Assembly (NCBI GenBank): GCA_028534125.1
Contig: CM052818.1
Coordinates: 20,524,001-20,588,000, forward strand
DNA: 64,000 nt
Source of the DNA: Lama glama
Lineage: Eukaryota
Direction: 5' to 3'
The stretch's first letter is position 1; each line of letters opens with the position of its first letter. The notes beneath the pieces are model-generated. The model was not told the origin of the DNA. It did not search any database and worked only from the letters and a program-made list of their open reading frames with translations. The translations under genes and the position numbers were made by a program. This document shows positions 63,201-64,000 of the stretch, piece by piece.

Positions 63201-63469
63201 GCAGGGTGACCAGACGATGACCAACAAGCTTTTCTTTAAAAAAAACCACCGAGTGAAAGTGATCAGGAAGTAACAGGGCAAGTGAACAAAATCTGCGTTT
63301 TCTGGGAGATGTGTCTCCTGCATTTCCTCCTCACTGTTACCCTAGGAGGTAGACAGGTCCTAACACTCTCCTGCTTCCACCGCCTCCCTTTCCTCTGTCC
63401 CAAACTCTCTCTGCTTCCCTTTCACCTTCCGTTACTCGTACTGCCCTCGCTTTTCCTCTGCTCTCCAGC

Positions 63470-63640
63470 TTTAGGAAGAAGCACTAAATCAGGCACCAGC
63501 ATGTCTGGGTGCTAATTCTGACTCTTCTATCCAAACGACCTGCTTAACCTGGTTGAAGAAGCCACTCAATCTCTCTGGGCCTCAGTTTCTCCTTCTGTCA
63601 AGTGGAGACACAGTTCCAAGAGTTGCTGGGAGAATGAAAT
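63470..63640 (+). mobile_element. MIR SINE
   Basis: cactcaatctctctgggcctcagtttctccttctgt core. Confidence 0.7.
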
Positions 63641-64000
63641 GACACGAGGAGGAGCTGCCGTCCCTTCCTGTCCCTTCCACCCATCTGCAGTGTGCTTCTG
63701 GCAGAGTGGGGGGGCTCTGGTTGGACTCTCCTGGAAGTGACGGAGCATCCCAGCCAGGAAGCTGTAGTTACACACGTGGTTCTAGCTCCGCTCTCTTCCT
63801 CCCCACCCCCAGCATTCTGTGCAAGATTTGGGACCCTAGGAAAAGGTTACCAGCAGAGGCATAAATGGGCTGGGGGCCTCTGGAGAGGAAGGGGCACAGC
63901 CCGCCTGCCCCTGGGTGTGGGCAGCTCACTACACACACCTACTTCCAGAATTGCCCCAACAGAACCACCCCACTTCCCTTGTGTCTTGAGCAAGTGCAAA

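Noticed and set aside
1..64000. ORF-track proteins (60-211 aa)
   Set aside because: None resembles a protein family I recognise. Many start at GTG/TTG, overlap on both strands or lie in MIR/L2/L1/SINE sequence. This is the expected background for mammalian non-coding DNA.

Overview
Eukaryotic, mammalian genomic DNA. It is most likely from a camelid (camel/alpaca/llama): four tRNA-Ala-derived SINEs resemble the Vic-1 family and the LINE-1 3' ends are of the cetartiodactyl type. The window is dominated by interspersed repeats: many ancient MIR and L2 copies, old L1M fragments, four younger TSD-flanked L1 3' ends, MER5/MER46C/MER2-type DNA-transposon MITEs, an interrupted MLT1 LTR and a probable hAT-Tip100 remnant. 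Several repeat-free, transcription-factor-motif-dense islands look like conserved enhancers. I recognise no long coding exon, and the supplied ORF track is essentially noise. The pattern fits a very large intron of an unidentified gene, probably on the minus strand. The most interesting candidates are minus-strand small exons: a possible alternative first exon (10425-10374, MENAENTKAFISRGSAM), a frame-compatible 24/48-nt exon with two acceptors (8652-8675/8699), a 40/43-nt NAGNAG exon (18114-18156) and a 15-nt microexon (42342-42356). All are unverified predictions from splice motifs. Repeat family names come from recalled consensus sequences, not a database search, and boundaries of old repeats are approximate. 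I cannot support a claim of a wholly new biological system here.
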